A stretch of 64,000 nucleotides of DNA from an uncultured Chloroflexia bacterium. GTDB taxonomy: Bacteria; Chloroflexota; Limnocylindria; Limnocylindrales; CSP1-4. The position numbers and the translations under genes were made by a program. The notes under the pieces were generated by a model. It made no database searches, was not told the DNA's origin, and was given only the letters and a program-made list of their open reading frames with translations. The stretch is from positions 288,001 to 352,000 of the forward strand of contig CAWFXA010000003.1 in NCBI GenBank assembly GCA_963819655.1, given 5' to 3'. The number at the start of each line of letters is the position of its first letter. Position 1 is the first letter of the stretch. This document shows, in pieces, positions 9,561 through 20,338 of this stretch.

Positions 9561-10615
9561 CAGAGCGCCCCCACGACCCCGATTTCGCCGTCCTGAACGG
9601 CTGGGACGCGGAGTACGAGACCTACGCCGATTACGACCTGCCGACGTACGTCGGTGCGGTCAGCTTCATGAAGTTGCCGTGGGTGACCGATGCCGACGAG
9701 CTCCGCGCCCGCAAGCCGGATGTCGCGATCATCGGTGCGCCGTTCGACGATGCGGTGAGCCACCGCTCGGGTGCCCGGTTCGGGCCGCGGGCGATCCGCC
9801 AGGCGCAATACACGTCCGGCTCGGTCAACTCGCTCCAGCTCGACGTCGAGCCGTTCGAGATCCTCGACGTCGTCGATGCCGGCGACGCCAACATCATCCC
9901 GGCGTGGATCGAGCGGGCGCACGCGCTGATCTATCGGAAGGTGCGCGAGGTCGCCGAGACCGGGGCGATCCCGATCATCCTCGGCGGTGACCACTCGATC
10001 ACCTGGCCGTCCGCATCGGCGGTTGCGGAGGTGCGCCGGCCGGGCAGCATCGGCATCGTCCATTTCGACGCCCACGCCGACACGGCGAACGACGACTGGG
10101 GCGTCCTCGCCGGTCATGGCACCCCGATGCGCCGCCTGATCGAATCGGGCGCAGTCGATGGCCGCAACTTCGTCCAGGTCGGATTGCGCGGCTATTGGCC
10201 ACCCGTCGAGACCTTCGCGTGGATGAAGGAGAAGGGCCTGCGCTACCACTTCATGCGCGAGATCGAGGAGCGCGGCGCCGAGGCGGTCGTCGCCCAGGCC
10301 ATCGACGAGGCGCTCGACGGGCCCGACAGCATCTACCTCAGCCTCGACATCGACGTGATCGACCCGGGTCTGGCGCCCGGCACCGGCACCCCCGAACCGG
10401 GCGGGATGCTGACCCGCGAGGTCCTGCGAGCGGTCCGCCAGATCGTCGGTGCGGTCGAGCTGGCCGGGATGGACGTCGTCGAGGTGTCGCCGCCGTACGA
10501 CCACGCTGAGACGACGGCGATGGCTGCGAACCGCGCGGCGCTCGAGGCGATCAGCGCTCTGGCCGTACGCAAGGCCGCTGGCGGGACGGTGCGCTGGGAG
10601 CCGGCAGCGGGTTGA
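9557..10615 (+). CDS. speB: Agmatinase / ureohydrolase family protein
   Basis: GARFGPRAIR, GGDHSIT, HFDAHADT, HGTP, SLDIDVIDPGLAPGTGTPEPGG, EVSPPYD; GTG start after GGAGG. Exact substrate uncertain. Confidence 0.85.
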   Translation: MAERPHDPDFAVLNGWDAEYETYADYDLPTYVGAVSFMKLPWVTDADELRARKPDVAIIGAPFDDAVSHRSGARFGPRAIRQAQYTSGSVNSLQLDVEPFEILDVVDAGDANIIPAWIERAHALIYRKVREVAETGAIPIILGGDHSITWPSASAVAEVRRPGSIGIVHFDAHADTANDDWGVLAGHGTPMRRLIESGAVDGRNFVQVGLRGYWPPVETFAWMKEKGLRYHFMREIEERGAEAVVAQAIDEALDGPDSIYLSLDIDVIDPGLAPGTGTPEPGGMLTREVLRAVRQIVGAVELAGMDVVEVSPPYDHAETTAMAANRAALEAISALAVRKAAGGTVRWEPAAG

Positions 10616-11400
10616 TCCCACCGGCGGATCCCGCCACCGCGAGCGCGCTTGCGCGCCTGTACGACCTCGACCTGCAGGACGATCCGGGCGATCTCGACCT
10701 GTACCGCGCGCTGGCCGACCGAGCCGGTGGACCCGTCCTCGAGCTGGCGGTGGGCAGCGGCCGGCTCGCCGTCCCGCTCGCCGTGGCGGGCCACCGGGTG
10801 ACCGGCGTCGACCTCGACCCGGCGATGCTGCGACGGGCCCGTGATCGGGCCACGGCCGCGGGCCTCGCGAGTGAGCGGCTCGAGCTGGTCGAGGCCGACC
10901 TGCTGGACGTCCGGCTGCCCGATGCAGGTGGCTACGCCTTCGCCTTCATCGCGCTCAATTCGCTGATGCTGCTGCCCACCCGCGCTGCCCAACGCCAGGC
11001 CATCCAGACGCTCGCCGACAACCTCGCACCGGGCGGGCTCGGCGCGGTCGACGTGTGGCTGCCCGATGGCGACGACCTGGGCCGGTACGACGGTCGCCTC
11101 ATCCTCGAGTGGATCCGCCCAGAACCCGCGACCGGCGCCCTCGTGACGAAGTCCGGCTCCGCCATCCACGACGCGGCGAGCGGGACGATCGCGCTGACCT
11201 CGATCTTCGACGAGTCCAGCCAGGGCGGGCCGACGACGCGCTGGATCCGTCAGGACCACCTGCGCCTCGTGTCCGCCGACGAGCTGCGCGCCTTTGCCGA
11301 GGAGGCCGGGCTCCGGGTGGAGCTGGTCGCGGGTGGCTACGACCTCGGGCCGATCGGTCCCGGCGCTGAGCGCGCGGTCCTCATCGCCGAACGGGCCTGA
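10612..11400 (+). CDS. Class I SAM-dependent methyltransferase
   Basis: VLELAVGSGR, VTGVDLDPAML; TTGA overlap with the upstream stop. Confidence 0.9.
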   Translation: MIPPADPATASALARLYDLDLQDDPGDLDLYRALADRAGGPVLELAVGSGRLAVPLAVAGHRVTGVDLDPAMLRRARDRATAAGLASERLELVEADLLDVRLPDAGGYAFAFIALNSLMLLPTRAAQRQAIQTLADNLAPGGLGAVDVWLPDGDDLGRYDGRLILEWIRPEPATGALVTKSGSAIHDAASGTIALTSIFDESSQGGPTTRWIRQDHLRLVSADELRAFAEEAGLRVELVAGGYDLGPIGPGAERAVLIAERA

Positions 11401-11456
11401 TCCGGCCGCTCTCCCACTCGGGCCGCGTGCGTGGCCCCGTGGTATCGTCGAGGCCC

Positions 11457-12617
11457 ATGTCGAGCGGCTCGAGCAGCGACCAGACGCGCCTCCTGATCGT
11501 GGAGGACGTGCCCCAGGTCGCCCAGTACATCCGCGGTCTGCTGAACGCCCAACAGGCGGTCAAGCTGCTTGACGTGCTCACCGACGGCGGGCGGGCCGTC
11601 GAGCAGATCGGCCAGCTCCGACCCGACGTCGTGATGGTCGATGCGCTTTTGCAGGGCCGGCTCAAGGGCCCCAAGCTCGTCGAGCAGATCCACGCGGCCG
11701 GACTTAACGTGCCGGTCATCGTGTTGACCGTGCCGCAGAACCCGGTCGAGGTGGATCCCGCGAAGGGCGTCCACGCGGTGCTGTCGATGCCGTTCTCGGG
11801 CTTCGAGCTCATGAACAAGGTCGCCGGCGTGCGCAAGGCTCACGCACTGGCGTCACCGGTGGGAGTGACCCGTATCACCTCGGTCTTCGCGCCGAAGGGC
11901 GGCGTGGGCAAGACGACCATCGCGTTCAACCTCGCCGTCGCCATGGCTCAGCTCGAGCAGCGCACGGTGCTCATCGATGGCAGCGTGCAGTTCGGCGACC
12001 TTCGCTCGCTGCTCAAGGTGCCAGGGGACGCACCGTCGATCCTCGACCTGCCGACCGACCGGATCGCCGAGTCGGACCTGACCGACGTGCTGTGGCGCGA
12101 CCCATCGGGCATCGACATCCTGCTCGCGCCGCCGCGCATCGAGATGGCCGAGATGATCACGACACGTGACATCGACAAGGTCCTGTCGCTGCTGCGGCGC
12201 GTCTACAGCTCGATCGTGATCGACATGTCGAGCGTGATCAATGACATCAATCTTGGCTTCCTCGACGCGAGCGACACGATCATCGAGATCGTCACGTACG
12301 ACTCGACCACGATCCACAACACGATCGCGATGGCCGACACGTTCCGCTCGATCGGCTACCCGGCGTCGAAGGTGCGTTACCTCGTCAACCGAGCGGACAG
12401 CTCGGGAGGCATCGATCCCGAGGACCTCCACCGGGCGCTCGGGCGCATCCCGGAGCACCGTGTCAACTCGGACGGGCAGCTGGTCGTGCGCTCCAACAAC
12501 GAGGGCGTGCCGTTCATCCTGGCCAACCCCTCGGCGCCGGTCAGCCAGGACATCATGCGCCTGGCGTCGGAGCTGCTCGGCGCGGCCCGCGTTCCCGTGG
12601 CCGCCGGGCGCCGCTAG
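11457..12617 (+). CDS. Receiver domain + MinD/ParA ATPase (CpaE/TadZ-like)
   Basis: LLIVED...PDVVMVD receiver; APKGGVGKTT deviant Walker A; QFGDL; C-terminal NEGVPF. Confidence 0.85.
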   Translation: MSSGSSSDQTRLLIVEDVPQVAQYIRGLLNAQQAVKLLDVLTDGGRAVEQIGQLRPDVVMVDALLQGRLKGPKLVEQIHAAGLNVPVIVLTVPQNPVEVDPAKGVHAVLSMPFSGFELMNKVAGVRKAHALASPVGVTRITSVFAPKGGVGKTTIAFNLAVAMAQLEQRTVLIDGSVQFGDLRSLLKVPGDAPSILDLPTDRIAESDLTDVLWRDPSGIDILLAPPRIEMAEMITTRDIDKVLSLLRRVYSSIVIDMSSVINDINLGFLDASDTIIEIVTYDSTTIHNTIAMADTFRSIGYPASKVRYLVNRADSSGGIDPEDLHRALGRIPEHRVNSDGQLVVRSNNEGVPFILANPSAPVSQDIMRLASELLGAARVPVAAGRR

Positions 12618-12626
12618 GCCGAGGCT

Positions 12627-13503
12627 GTGACGGATCCGCGACCCATCGGTGTCTTCGATTCCGGCGTCGGTGGCCTGACGGTCCTGCGCGAGATCATCCG
12701 CCGCACGCCGGGCGAGTCGACGGTCTATCTCGGGGACAACGACCGTGCGCCGTACGGCGTGCGCTCCGACGAAGAGGTCCTCGCGTTCTCGACAGAGTCG
12801 CTGGACGCGCTCGCGGAGCGCGACGTCAAGGCGCTGGTCGTGGCGTGCAACACCTCGACGGCCGTCGGTCTGGGCGCGTTCCGCCGTCGGTACGACCTGC
12901 CCGTGCTCGGGGTGATCCGGCCGGGTGCGGCCGCGACCGCGCTCGCAACACGCAATCGACGAGTCGGTGTGATCGCGACGCCGGCCACGATCCGGTCGCA
13001 CGCGTATTTCAACGCGATCAAGGACGAGAACCCGGCGGTCGAGGTGTACGAGCACGCCACGCCTGCACTCGTGCCACTCGTCGAATTCGGGGGAGTTGAG
13101 CGGTCCGCTGGCGGAGGCGACCGTGGCGGAGGCCCTGGCGCCTCTCGTCGGCGAGCGGGACGCCAACGGCGAGTCGATATTCCCGCGCCCGCCCGGGGCC
13201 GCGATCGACACCTTGCTGCTCGGCTGCACCCATTACCCGCTGATCCGCCCGCTGATCGCCGCGCTGGCCGGCGACCAGGTGGCGATCGTCGACTCCGCGA
13301 CGGCCACAGCCTCCGCGCTCGCCGAGCTCCTCAGCGTCAACGGGCTGGAGGCGCACGCGGACGGAGCTCGCGTCGACGGCTCGCCGGCCCATGTGCAACT
13401 GACGACCGGCGACCCGGGGCGGTTCGCGGCCGTGGCGCGGCCCTTGTTCGGCCCTGACTTCGTGTCCGTCGAGGCGATCGAGCTCGGGGCACTCGCCCGA
13501 TGA
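12627..13503 (+). CDS. murI: Glutamate racemase, split by a +1 frameshift near 13085 (probable sequence error)
   Basis: [16 protein letters not shown] and VACNT in ORF 12627; LLGCTHYP in ORF 13096..13503. GAATTCGGGGGAG reads E-S-G-E if one T is removed. Confidence 0.9.
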
Positions 13504-14723
13504 CGAAGCGCCGGAGCGAGTCGACGTGGCGCGATGACCGCGCCTGGCAGGCCGGCATCCTGATCGGCTCGGCGCTCGGCGCGGCCGCGACCGTGGTCGG
13601 GCGCCACATGGAGCGGCGAGCACGGGAAGGGCTCGTCGACTGGGCGGCCGTCGAGCGGCTGGCGATCGGACGGCTCGACCAGGCGCCGGGCGCCCTGACC
13701 CCCGAGGAGCTGCGCGCGGTCGAGCCCGACTACGCCGCGGCGATGGCGCGCATCGTGCCCGCGTTGTCGGCCGCTCTCGGGACGCAGTTGCCCGGCGTTG
13801 TCGAGCGCTCGGGCGTGGTCGACCGGGCCGGCTGGGTCCGCGCCAACACGGCGTCGTTCGCCTCCCTGATCGGCAAGCTCGAGCACGATCTACTCGACCA
13901 GGTCATGCCACCGGGTGGCGGCCTGACCGCGGCCGCGATGGCGCTCGCCAACCGCTGGCTGACCACCCGCCAGCTCGGAGTGCTGCTCGGGTTCATGGGC
14001 CAGCGCGTGCTTGGCCAGTACGACCTCGCCCTCCTGTCGGCGGAGGCCGCGCCCGGCCGGCTGCTGTTCGTCGAGGAGAACATCCGCCAGACGGCCAAGG
14101 CGCTGGGCGTGCCGGTCGAGTCGTTCCGGACCTGGATCGCCCTTCACGAGACGACCCACGCCTTCGAGTTCGAGGCGCATCCGTGGCTGCGGCCGTATCT
14201 CGCGTCGCGTCTCGAGCGCCAGCTGACGCTATTCGGCAACGACGTCCGGGGCATGGGCCGCGAGGCCATCCGCGGGCTCGGCCGGGCGCTCCGCGGCGAG
14301 GGCGGTGGTGAGCATTGGATGGAGCGCCTGATGGGCACCGAGCAGCGCGCCCTGTTCCGCGAGACGCAGGCCGTCATGAGCCTGCTCGAGGGCTTCAGCG
14401 ACTACGTGATGGATGAGGTCGGCCACGACCTCGTGCCGGACGTCGAGCGCATCCGCGCGAGGTTCGACGAGCGGCGCGCGAAGCGCACTCCGTTCGAGCG
14501 AGCGATGCTTCGGCTGACCGGCATGGACCTCAAGCTCGAGCAGTACAAGAAGGGCGAGCGGTTCGTGCGGGCGATCGCCGCCGCGCGCGGCCCCGAGGCG
14601 CTCTCCCAGCTGTGGGGCGGACCGGAGACCCTGCCGCGCGACGGGGAGATCGAGGCGCCGGAGGGCTGGATCGCGCGGGTCCTCGACGGCTCACCGACGC
14701 CGGTCGCCGGTACGTCATCGTGA
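13500..14723 (+). CDS. Zinc-dependent metalloprotease, DUF2342 family
   Basis: [40 protein letters not shown]. Confidence 0.85.
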   Translation: MTKRRSESTWRDDRAWQAGILIGSALGAAATVVGRHMERRAREGLVDWAAVERLAIGRLDQAPGALTPEELRAVEPDYAAAMARIVPALSAALGTQLPGVVERSGVVDRAGWVRANTASFASLIGKLEHDLLDQVMPPGGGLTAAAMALANRWLTTRQLGVLLGFMGQRVLGQYDLALLSAEAAPGRLLFVEENIRQTAKALGVPVESFRTWIALHETTHAFEFEAHPWLRPYLASRLERQLTLFGNDVRGMGREAIRGLGRALRGEGGGEHWMERLMGTEQRALFRETQAVMSLLEGFSDYVMDEVGHDLVPDVERIRARFDERRAKRTPFERAMLRLTGMDLKLEQYKKGERFVRAIAAARGPEALSQLWGGPETLPRDGEIEAPEGWIARVLDGSPTPVAGTSS

Positions 14724-15769
14724 CGACTGCGGGCCCTGGCAGCGGGCCCGACGGCGCGCCGACCGCGATCGCGCTGAGCCCGATCCTGTCGGCCCGCTAT
14801 CGATCGCGCGACCTCGAGAGGATCCGCGCGGCGGCGCCGGGTGCGCGTCTTGTCACGGTGTCCGTCGAAGGGCTGGCCGACGGGCCGCTCGACGACGTCG
14901 AGGTCATGCTCCGCGGCTGGCTGAGCTCGGACGCCTTCGATCGTCTGTTGGTCCGAGCGCCCCGGCTCGCCTGGGTGCACTCGGCGACGTCGGGCGTGGA
15001 ACGGGCGCTCACCCCGGCGGCGCGCGAACGCGGCCTCATCGTCACGAACGCGCGGGGCGTGTTCAGCCGGCCGATCGCCGAATACGTGCTGATGATGATC
15101 CTCGCGGTGAGCCGGCGGCTGCCCCAGCTCCTGGAGCTGCAGCGGGAACGGACGTGGCAGCCGCTCGAGGGCACCGAATTGCGCGACGTGACCGTTGGCA
15201 TCGTCGGACTCGGCTCGATCGGTCGGGCGGTCGGCGCGCTCGCGACGGCGTTCGGCTGCCGGGTCGTGGCGGTCCGCCGCCGACCCGACGGGGATGGGGC
15301 GGTCGCAACGGGCGACGGCGACGAGCCGTTCGTTGGCGAGCCGATGCTCGATCGCGTCGGCGGCCCCGAGACACTCCCCGAGCTGCTCGGCGAATCGGAC
15401 TTCATCGTTCTCGCGGCACCACTGACGCCGCAGACCGAGGACATGATCGATGCCGATGCGCTCGCCATGGTCAAGCCCGGCGCGTGGCTGATCAATGTCG
15501 CGCGTGGTCGCCTCATCGATGAGCGGGCGCTGCTCCGGGCGCTGCGCGACGGCCCGCTCGGTGGCGCGATCCTGGACACGTTCCGCGACGAACCGCTGCC
15601 GCCGACGTCGTCGTTCTACGACCTGCCGAACGTCATCGTGACGCCGCACACGGCGTGGTCGAGCGGCCGCGTGCTCGACCGCAGCGTCGAGCTGTTCTGC
15701 GACAACCTGCGCCTGTTCGCGAAGGGCGAGCCGCTGCTCAACGTCGTCGACCCGGCCGCAGGCTACTGA
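14720..15769 (+). CDS. D-2-hydroxyacid dehydrogenase
   Basis: GIVGLGSIG, INVARG, EPLP, TPHTAW; GTGA overlap. Confidence 0.9.
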   Translation: MTTAGPGSGPDGAPTAIALSPILSARYRSRDLERIRAAAPGARLVTVSVEGLADGPLDDVEVMLRGWLSSDAFDRLLVRAPRLAWVHSATSGVERALTPAARERGLIVTNARGVFSRPIAEYVLMMILAVSRRLPQLLELQRERTWQPLEGTELRDVTVGIVGLGSIGRAVGALATAFGCRVVAVRRRPDGDGAVATGDGDEPFVGEPMLDRVGGPETLPELLGESDFIVLAAPLTPQTEDMIDADALAMVKPGAWLINVARGRLIDERALLRALRDGPLGGAILDTFRDEPLPPTSSFYDLPNVIVTPHTAWSSGRVLDRSVELFCDNLRLFAKGEPLLNVVDPAAGY

Positions 15770-15771
15770 CC

Positions 15772-16875
15772 GTGCAGATCGCGATCGTCGGGCTTGCCGG
15801 GAGCGGCAAGACGACCGTCTTCAACACGCTGACCCGCGGCCACGCTGAGACCGGCGGGTACGGCGGGGTCACTCTCAATGTCGGGGTCGTGAAGGTCCCC
15901 GATGAGCGCCTCGGGCGGCTGGCCGAGATCTTCAGCCCGAAGAAGATCGTCCAGGCCGACGTCACCTACGTCGATCTGCCCGCGCCACCCGCGTCCACCG
16001 AGGGCCGCGTCGGCACGGAGGAGCTGCCGGCCGACCACCTCGCGCGGCTGCGTGACTCCGATGCGCTGCTCCACGTCGTCCGCGCGTTCGAGGACGCAGC
16101 TCACCCGCATCCGGCCGGAAGCGTCGATCCCGCCCGCGACCTCGAGCAGCTCGATCTCGAGTTCACGCTCGCGGATCTGGCGATGACCGAGCGCCGGCTC
16201 GAGCGGCTCGCCGGCAGCGGCCGCCACGGCACCGCAGGGGAGCGCGAGGCGAACGAGCGCGAGGAGGTCGTCCTCCGGCGCATCCACGAGGGCCTCGAGG
16301 CGGGCACGCCGATTCGCGACCTCGGGCTCGATGCGGACGAGGCAAAGGCGATCCGCGGCTTTCGGTTCCTGACCGAGAAGCCCGTCCTGGTGCTGCTCAA
16401 CGTCGGGGAAGGCGACCTCGTGACGTCCCGGACCCTGGTCGACCGCATCGCCGCGGGCTATCCGCACCAGCAGGCGATGGTCGATGCGCTGTCTGCCAAG
16501 ATCGAGATGGAGCTCGGCGAGCTCGAGCCCGACGAGGCGGCGGTGTTCATGGAGGAGCTCGGCATCACGGAGTCGAGCCTGGACCGGGTCATCGCGCTGT
16601 CGTACCGGCTCCTGGGTCTCGTGTCGTTCCTTACTGCCGGGCCGGATGAGGTCCGCGCATGGCCGATCCACGACGGCTCGACGGCCGTGGACGCCGCGGG
16701 CGCGATCCACACCGACCTCGCCAAGGGCTTCATCCGCGCCGAGACCGTGTCCTACGACGACCTCGTCCGCCTGGGCTCGCTGGCCGAAGCACGCAAGGCC
16801 GGCCGGTTACGGTCCGAGGGGAAGACCTACCAGGTCAAGGACGGCGACGTGCTGGAGATCCTCTTCAGCCGCTGA
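15772..16875 (+). CDS. ychF: YchF/OLA1-like ATPase (DUF933), divergent
   Basis: VGLAGSGKTT, VPDERL, LHVVRAF, NVGE, FLTAGPDEVRAW, AGAIHTD, GFIRAE, EGKTYQVKDGDV. Confidence 0.85.
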   Translation: MQIAIVGLAGSGKTTVFNTLTRGHAETGGYGGVTLNVGVVKVPDERLGRLAEIFSPKKIVQADVTYVDLPAPPASTEGRVGTEELPADHLARLRDSDALLHVVRAFEDAAHPHPAGSVDPARDLEQLDLEFTLADLAMTERRLERLAGSGRHGTAGEREANEREEVVLRRIHEGLEAGTPIRDLGLDADEAKAIRGFRFLTEKPVLVLLNVGEGDLVTSRTLVDRIAAGYPHQQAMVDALSAKIEMELGELEPDEAAVFMEELGITESSLDRVIALSYRLLGLVSFLTAGPDEVRAWPIHDGSTAVDAAGAIHTDLAKGFIRAETVSYDDLVRLGSLAEARKAGRLRSEGKTYQVKDGDVLEILFSR

Positions 16876-16884
16876 CGTCCGGGG

Positions 16885-17271
16885 TCAGTTCGGGCGGCCG
16901 GGGTCCGGGTCGAAGTCCGCGAGGATCGTCCGGAAGTCGCCGCTCAGTTCGTCGCCCGGCTCGGTCTCGTCGTCATCGTCCTCGTCGTCCTCGTCGGTCT
17001 CGAACTCTGCGAGGAAGTTGTCCGCCTCCGTGGTCGACACGTTGACCGCGGCCGTGAGTGACTCGTCGCTGACGAACACGAAGCCATAGTCGCGCTCGAG
17101 GACGACCGCGATCGCCTCGACGAGCGTGTCACGCTCGTAGTTGTCCTTGACGTCGTGCCGGACCCGCTGGACCAGCTCGAAGAACTCCTGCGGCTCCCAC
17201 TCCGACTCGCTGACGACGATCGCATCGGAATAGACCTCGTCGTCGCCTTCGTGGAGCTCATAGAAGAACAA
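16885..17271 (-). CDS. Hypothetical highly acidic protein
   Basis: TTG start (MFFYELHEGDDEV), D/E-rich tail; start uncertain. Confidence 0.7.
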   Translation of the reverse strand: MFFYELHEGDDEVYSDAIVVSESEWEPQEFFELVQRVRHDVKDNYERDTLVEAIAVVLERDYGFVFVSDESLTAAVNVSTTEADNFLAEFETDEDDEDDDDETEPGDELSGDFRTILADFDPDPGRPN

Positions 17272-17353
17272 TCGGGTACGCCTCGTCGATGGTGGTTCGG
17301 GTGCGGCAGTATACGCCGCACCGCCCCACAGCCCACCCGCCACGGGAGGTCCA

Positions 17354-18322
17354 ATGCCGCCACCTCGCGTCGAGGTCGTCCACGTCGGCTCGGCCGCGCG
17401 CGACATCGCACCCGACGATCCGCGCGGGTGGCGGCTCGGTGGCGGCGTCACCTACGCGGCGCTGACGACGGCCCGGCTCGGGCTGCGGACGGCGGCCGTC
17501 GTCGGCGTCGATGCGCTGGCCGCCAAGGCGGACGAGCTCGATGCGTTGCGCGACGCAGGTGTCGACATCCTCACGGTCGACCTGCCCGAGGGCCCGATCT
17601 TCCACAACGTCGAAACGCCGCGTGGTCGCGAGCAGACGGTGATCGCCCCGGGTGTGCCGGTCCGCCCGGTGCCATTGCCTGGGTCGTGGCGAGCCAGCCC
17701 GTCGTGGTCGCTGGTCCCTGTCGCGGCTGAGGTCGATGACGACTGGGCCGGAATCATCGGTCCGGATGCGATCGTCGCGGTCGCCTGGCAGGGGATGCTT
17801 CGCCGCCTCGAGGCAGGCACGCTCGTCGCGCGCATCCCGCCGACCGATCGAGCGATCCTCCGTCGCGCCGACCTCGTCGGCCTGAGCCACCTCGACGTGG
17901 CGCGCGACACGTCGCTCGGTGACCTCACCGGCTTCCTGCATGGCGGCGCTCGACTCCTGGTGACCCAGGGCGGCCACGGCGGCCTGCTCGTCACGACCGG
18001 CGACGACGGACCAGCCGAGGTCCTGCGCTACCTGTCGACCCCGACCGAGCGTGAGGTGGACCCGACCGGAGCCGGCGACACGTTCCTGGCGGCGCTGCTC
18101 GCTGTCCTGGTCCGCCCGAGCGTGGCCGGGTCACCGGGACGGTCGCTCGCCCGGGCACTCCGCTTCGCCGCGGCGGCAGGGTCGCTCGCCGTCGAGGATG
18201 TCGGTCTGGCCGGCGTCCCGGATCGCACCTCGGTGCTCTTCCGGCGCGCGCGGGAGCGGGTGCGTCGCGCAGTGGTGCCGACGCTGTCGGCCCAGGTCGG
18301 CGTCGAGGATCCGCGGCAGTAG
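17354..18322 (+). CDS. PfkB family carbohydrate kinase
   Basis: LGGGVTYAA, VTQGGHG, DPTGAGDTF. Confidence 0.85.
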   Translation: MPPPRVEVVHVGSAARDIAPDDPRGWRLGGGVTYAALTTARLGLRTAAVVGVDALAAKADELDALRDAGVDILTVDLPEGPIFHNVETPRGREQTVIAPGVPVRPVPLPGSWRASPSWSLVPVAAEVDDDWAGIIGPDAIVAVAWQGMLRRLEAGTLVARIPPTDRAILRRADLVGLSHLDVARDTSLGDLTGFLHGGARLLVTQGGHGGLLVTTGDDGPAEVLRYLSTPTEREVDPTGAGDTFLAALLAVLVRPSVAGSPGRSLARALRFAAAAGSLAVEDVGLAGVPDRTSVLFRRARERVRRAVVPTLSAQVGVEDPRQ

Positions 18323-18372
18323 GGGAGCAGGGGCGGCGCGGCCGCGGCGGCGATCCAGCCTGCCCGCGAACC

Positions 18373-19380
18373 TCAGCCCGGCGCCGGCCCGCTCGACTCG
18401 CGAACCTGCAGGTCGACCGGCAAGCGGATCGTCTCCGGGCCGATCCCCTCGCCATCGCCAGTTAGCTGGGCCACGGCGCGGCGTCCCATCTCGTCGGTGC
18501 GCTGCGCGATCGTCGTCAGCGGCGGATCGATGTAGGCGGCGACCGCCACGTCGTCGAACCCGACGACGCTGGCATCCGCCGGGACACGCCGGCCGCGGCG
18601 CCGGAGCGCACGCAGCGCGCCGATCGCCATGAGGTCGTTGTAGGCCACGATCGCCGTCGTCTCGGGCGCCCGGTCCAGCAGGTCGTACGCCGCCCGTTCG
18701 CCGCCCCCGACCAGGGCCTCGCCGACGGTCGTCGTCAGCGCGTCTGGCGGACAGCCCGCCGCGACCAGTGCTGCGCGCACCCCGGCCACACGTTCCGGCG
18801 CGTCGACGTTGCGCGGCGGTGGGAGGAGGTAGCCGAACCGGCGATGACCCAGCGCGAGCAGGTGTTCGGTGGCGACCCGGCCGCCCTGCTCGTTGTCCGA
18901 CATGATCGCCGGCAAGCCGACGTCGGGTGCCGCGGTATTGACGAGGACCACCGGGATCGGTGGCGACGACAGCCACTCCATATGGCGGACCCCGAGACTG
19001 CTGGCCGCGATGATCAGGCCGTCGACCCGCCGGTCCGCCAGCAGGTCGAGGTAGGACGCCTCGCGCTCCGGGTCGTCGGCCGCATTGCACAGCAGAACGG
19101 AGTAGCCGGACGCCTGGGCGGCGTCCTCGACCGACCGCACGAGCTGCGGGAAGTACGGGTTCTCGATGTCCGTGATGATCAAGCCGAGCGTCTGGGTCGA
19201 CCGCCGCTTCAGGGATCGGGCGACCTCGGACGGGCGGTAGTCGAGGGCGCGCGCGGCCTCGAGGACACGGGCCTTCGTCTCGGGCCGGGCGCGCCCGACG
19301 CCTGCCAGCACGCGGCTGACGGTCGCGGTCGACACGCCGGCCCGTGCCGCGACATCGGCGATCGTGGCCGTCATCGGCAT
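18373..19380 (-). CDS. LacI family transcriptional regulator (1)
   Basis: TIADVAARAGVSTATVSRVL HTH; VVGFDD, PPLTT. Confidence 0.95.
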   Translation of the reverse strand: MPMTATIADVAARAGVSTATVSRVLAGVGRARPETKARVLEAARALDYRPSEVARSLKRRSTQTLGLIITDIENPYFPQLVRSVEDAAQASGYSVLLCNAADDPEREASYLDLLADRRVDGLIIAASSLGVRHMEWLSSPPIPVVLVNTAAPDVGLPAIMSDNEQGGRVATEHLLALGHRRFGYLLPPPRNVDAPERVAGVRAALVAAGCPPDALTTTVGEALVGGGERAAYDLLDRAPETTAIVAYNDLMAIGALRALRRRGRRVPADASVVGFDDVAVAAYIDPPLTTIAQRTDEMGRRAVAQLTGDGEGIGPETIRLPVDLQVRESSGPAPG

Positions 19381-19429
19381 CGCCGCGGATGCGGCGGGAC
19401 AGCCGGCGCCGCCGTCAGCGGCCCCGGCC

Positions 19430-20326
19430 TCAGTGGCTTACCGTCGGTCCGGGCGCCGGCGGTGCCGACGCGGGCGGCCTGCGCTCGCTCTTCGCCAGCG
19501 CCTCGAGCTCGCGCGTCAGCTCGTGCAGCTCGTCACCACCGCCCATCTGGCTGTGCAGCTGATCGGCATCGACCTCGCCGCGACTGAACTGACCGCCGGT
19601 CCGGCCGCGCGACAGGATCGTGAACGTGTCGCCGATCGGCAGCGCGTGCGAGACGTTGTGGGTGATGAAGATGACCCCGAGGCCGCGGTTGCGGGCCGCG
19701 ACGATGTGGCGCAGCACGATCGCCGATTGCTTCACGCCGAGAGCCGACGTTGGCTCGTCGAGGATGAGCACGCGGGCCCCGAAGTACTCGGCTCGGGCGA
19801 TGGCAAGCGTCTGGCGTTCGCCGCCCGACAGCGTGCCAACGGCCTGGTCGGTGTCGCGCACGTCGATGCCGATGCGCTTCATCTCCTCCCGGGCGATCCC
19901 AGCCGCCTTGGGCAGATCGAACCGCTTGAACGGCCCGACACCGACCGTCGGCTCATTGCCGAGGAAGAAGTTGCGAGTGACGCTCATCAGGGGCATCACC
20001 GACAGGTCCTGGTAGACCGTGGCGATGCCCGCGTCGAGCGCGTCGCGCGGCGATCCGAACTCGACGGGCTGGCCATCAACGGCGAGCGTGCCCTTGTCCG
20101 GGCGGTACACGCCCGACAGTGTCTTGATCAGCGTCGACTTCCCGGCGCCGTTGTCGCCGAGCAGGCACGTGACCTGGCCGGCGCGGACCTCCAGGGACAC
20201 GCCTTCGATGGCAACGACCGCACCGAAGTATTTCGAGATGTCGCGCGCCTCGAGCAGTGGGGTCTGGTCCGCGGCGGCGGCCGGCGTCGCCTCCATGAGG
20301 GCGTCGGTCATGGGGGTCGGATCCAT
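19430..20326 (-). CDS. Sugar/inositol ABC transporter ATP-binding protein
   Basis: [27 protein letters not shown]. Confidence 0.95.
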   Translation of the reverse strand: MDPTPMTDALMEATPAAAADQTPLLEARDISKYFGAVVAIEGVSLEVRAGQVTCLLGDNGAGKSTLIKTLSGVYRPDKGTLAVDGQPVEFGSPRDALDAGIATVYQDLSVMPLMSVTRNFFLGNEPTVGVGPFKRFDLPKAAGIAREEMKRIGIDVRDTDQAVGTLSGGERQTLAIARAEYFGARVLILDEPTSALGVKQSAIVLRHIVAARNRGLGVIFITHNVSHALPIGDTFTILSRGRTGGQFSRGEVDADQLHSQMGGGDELHELTRELEALAKSERRPPASAPPAPGPTVSH

Positions 20327-20338
20327 GGGTCTGCCCTC

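Noticed and set aside
9557-10615. Agmatinase acting as a streptidine (guanidino-cyclitol) hydrolase for the cluster
   Set aside because: It lies ~8 kb outside the cluster among housekeeping genes and has no LacI operator.
17354-18322. iolC (DKG kinase)
   Set aside because: Generic PfkB motifs only; it lies outside the operator-controlled operons and converges on the cluster. Not fully excluded.
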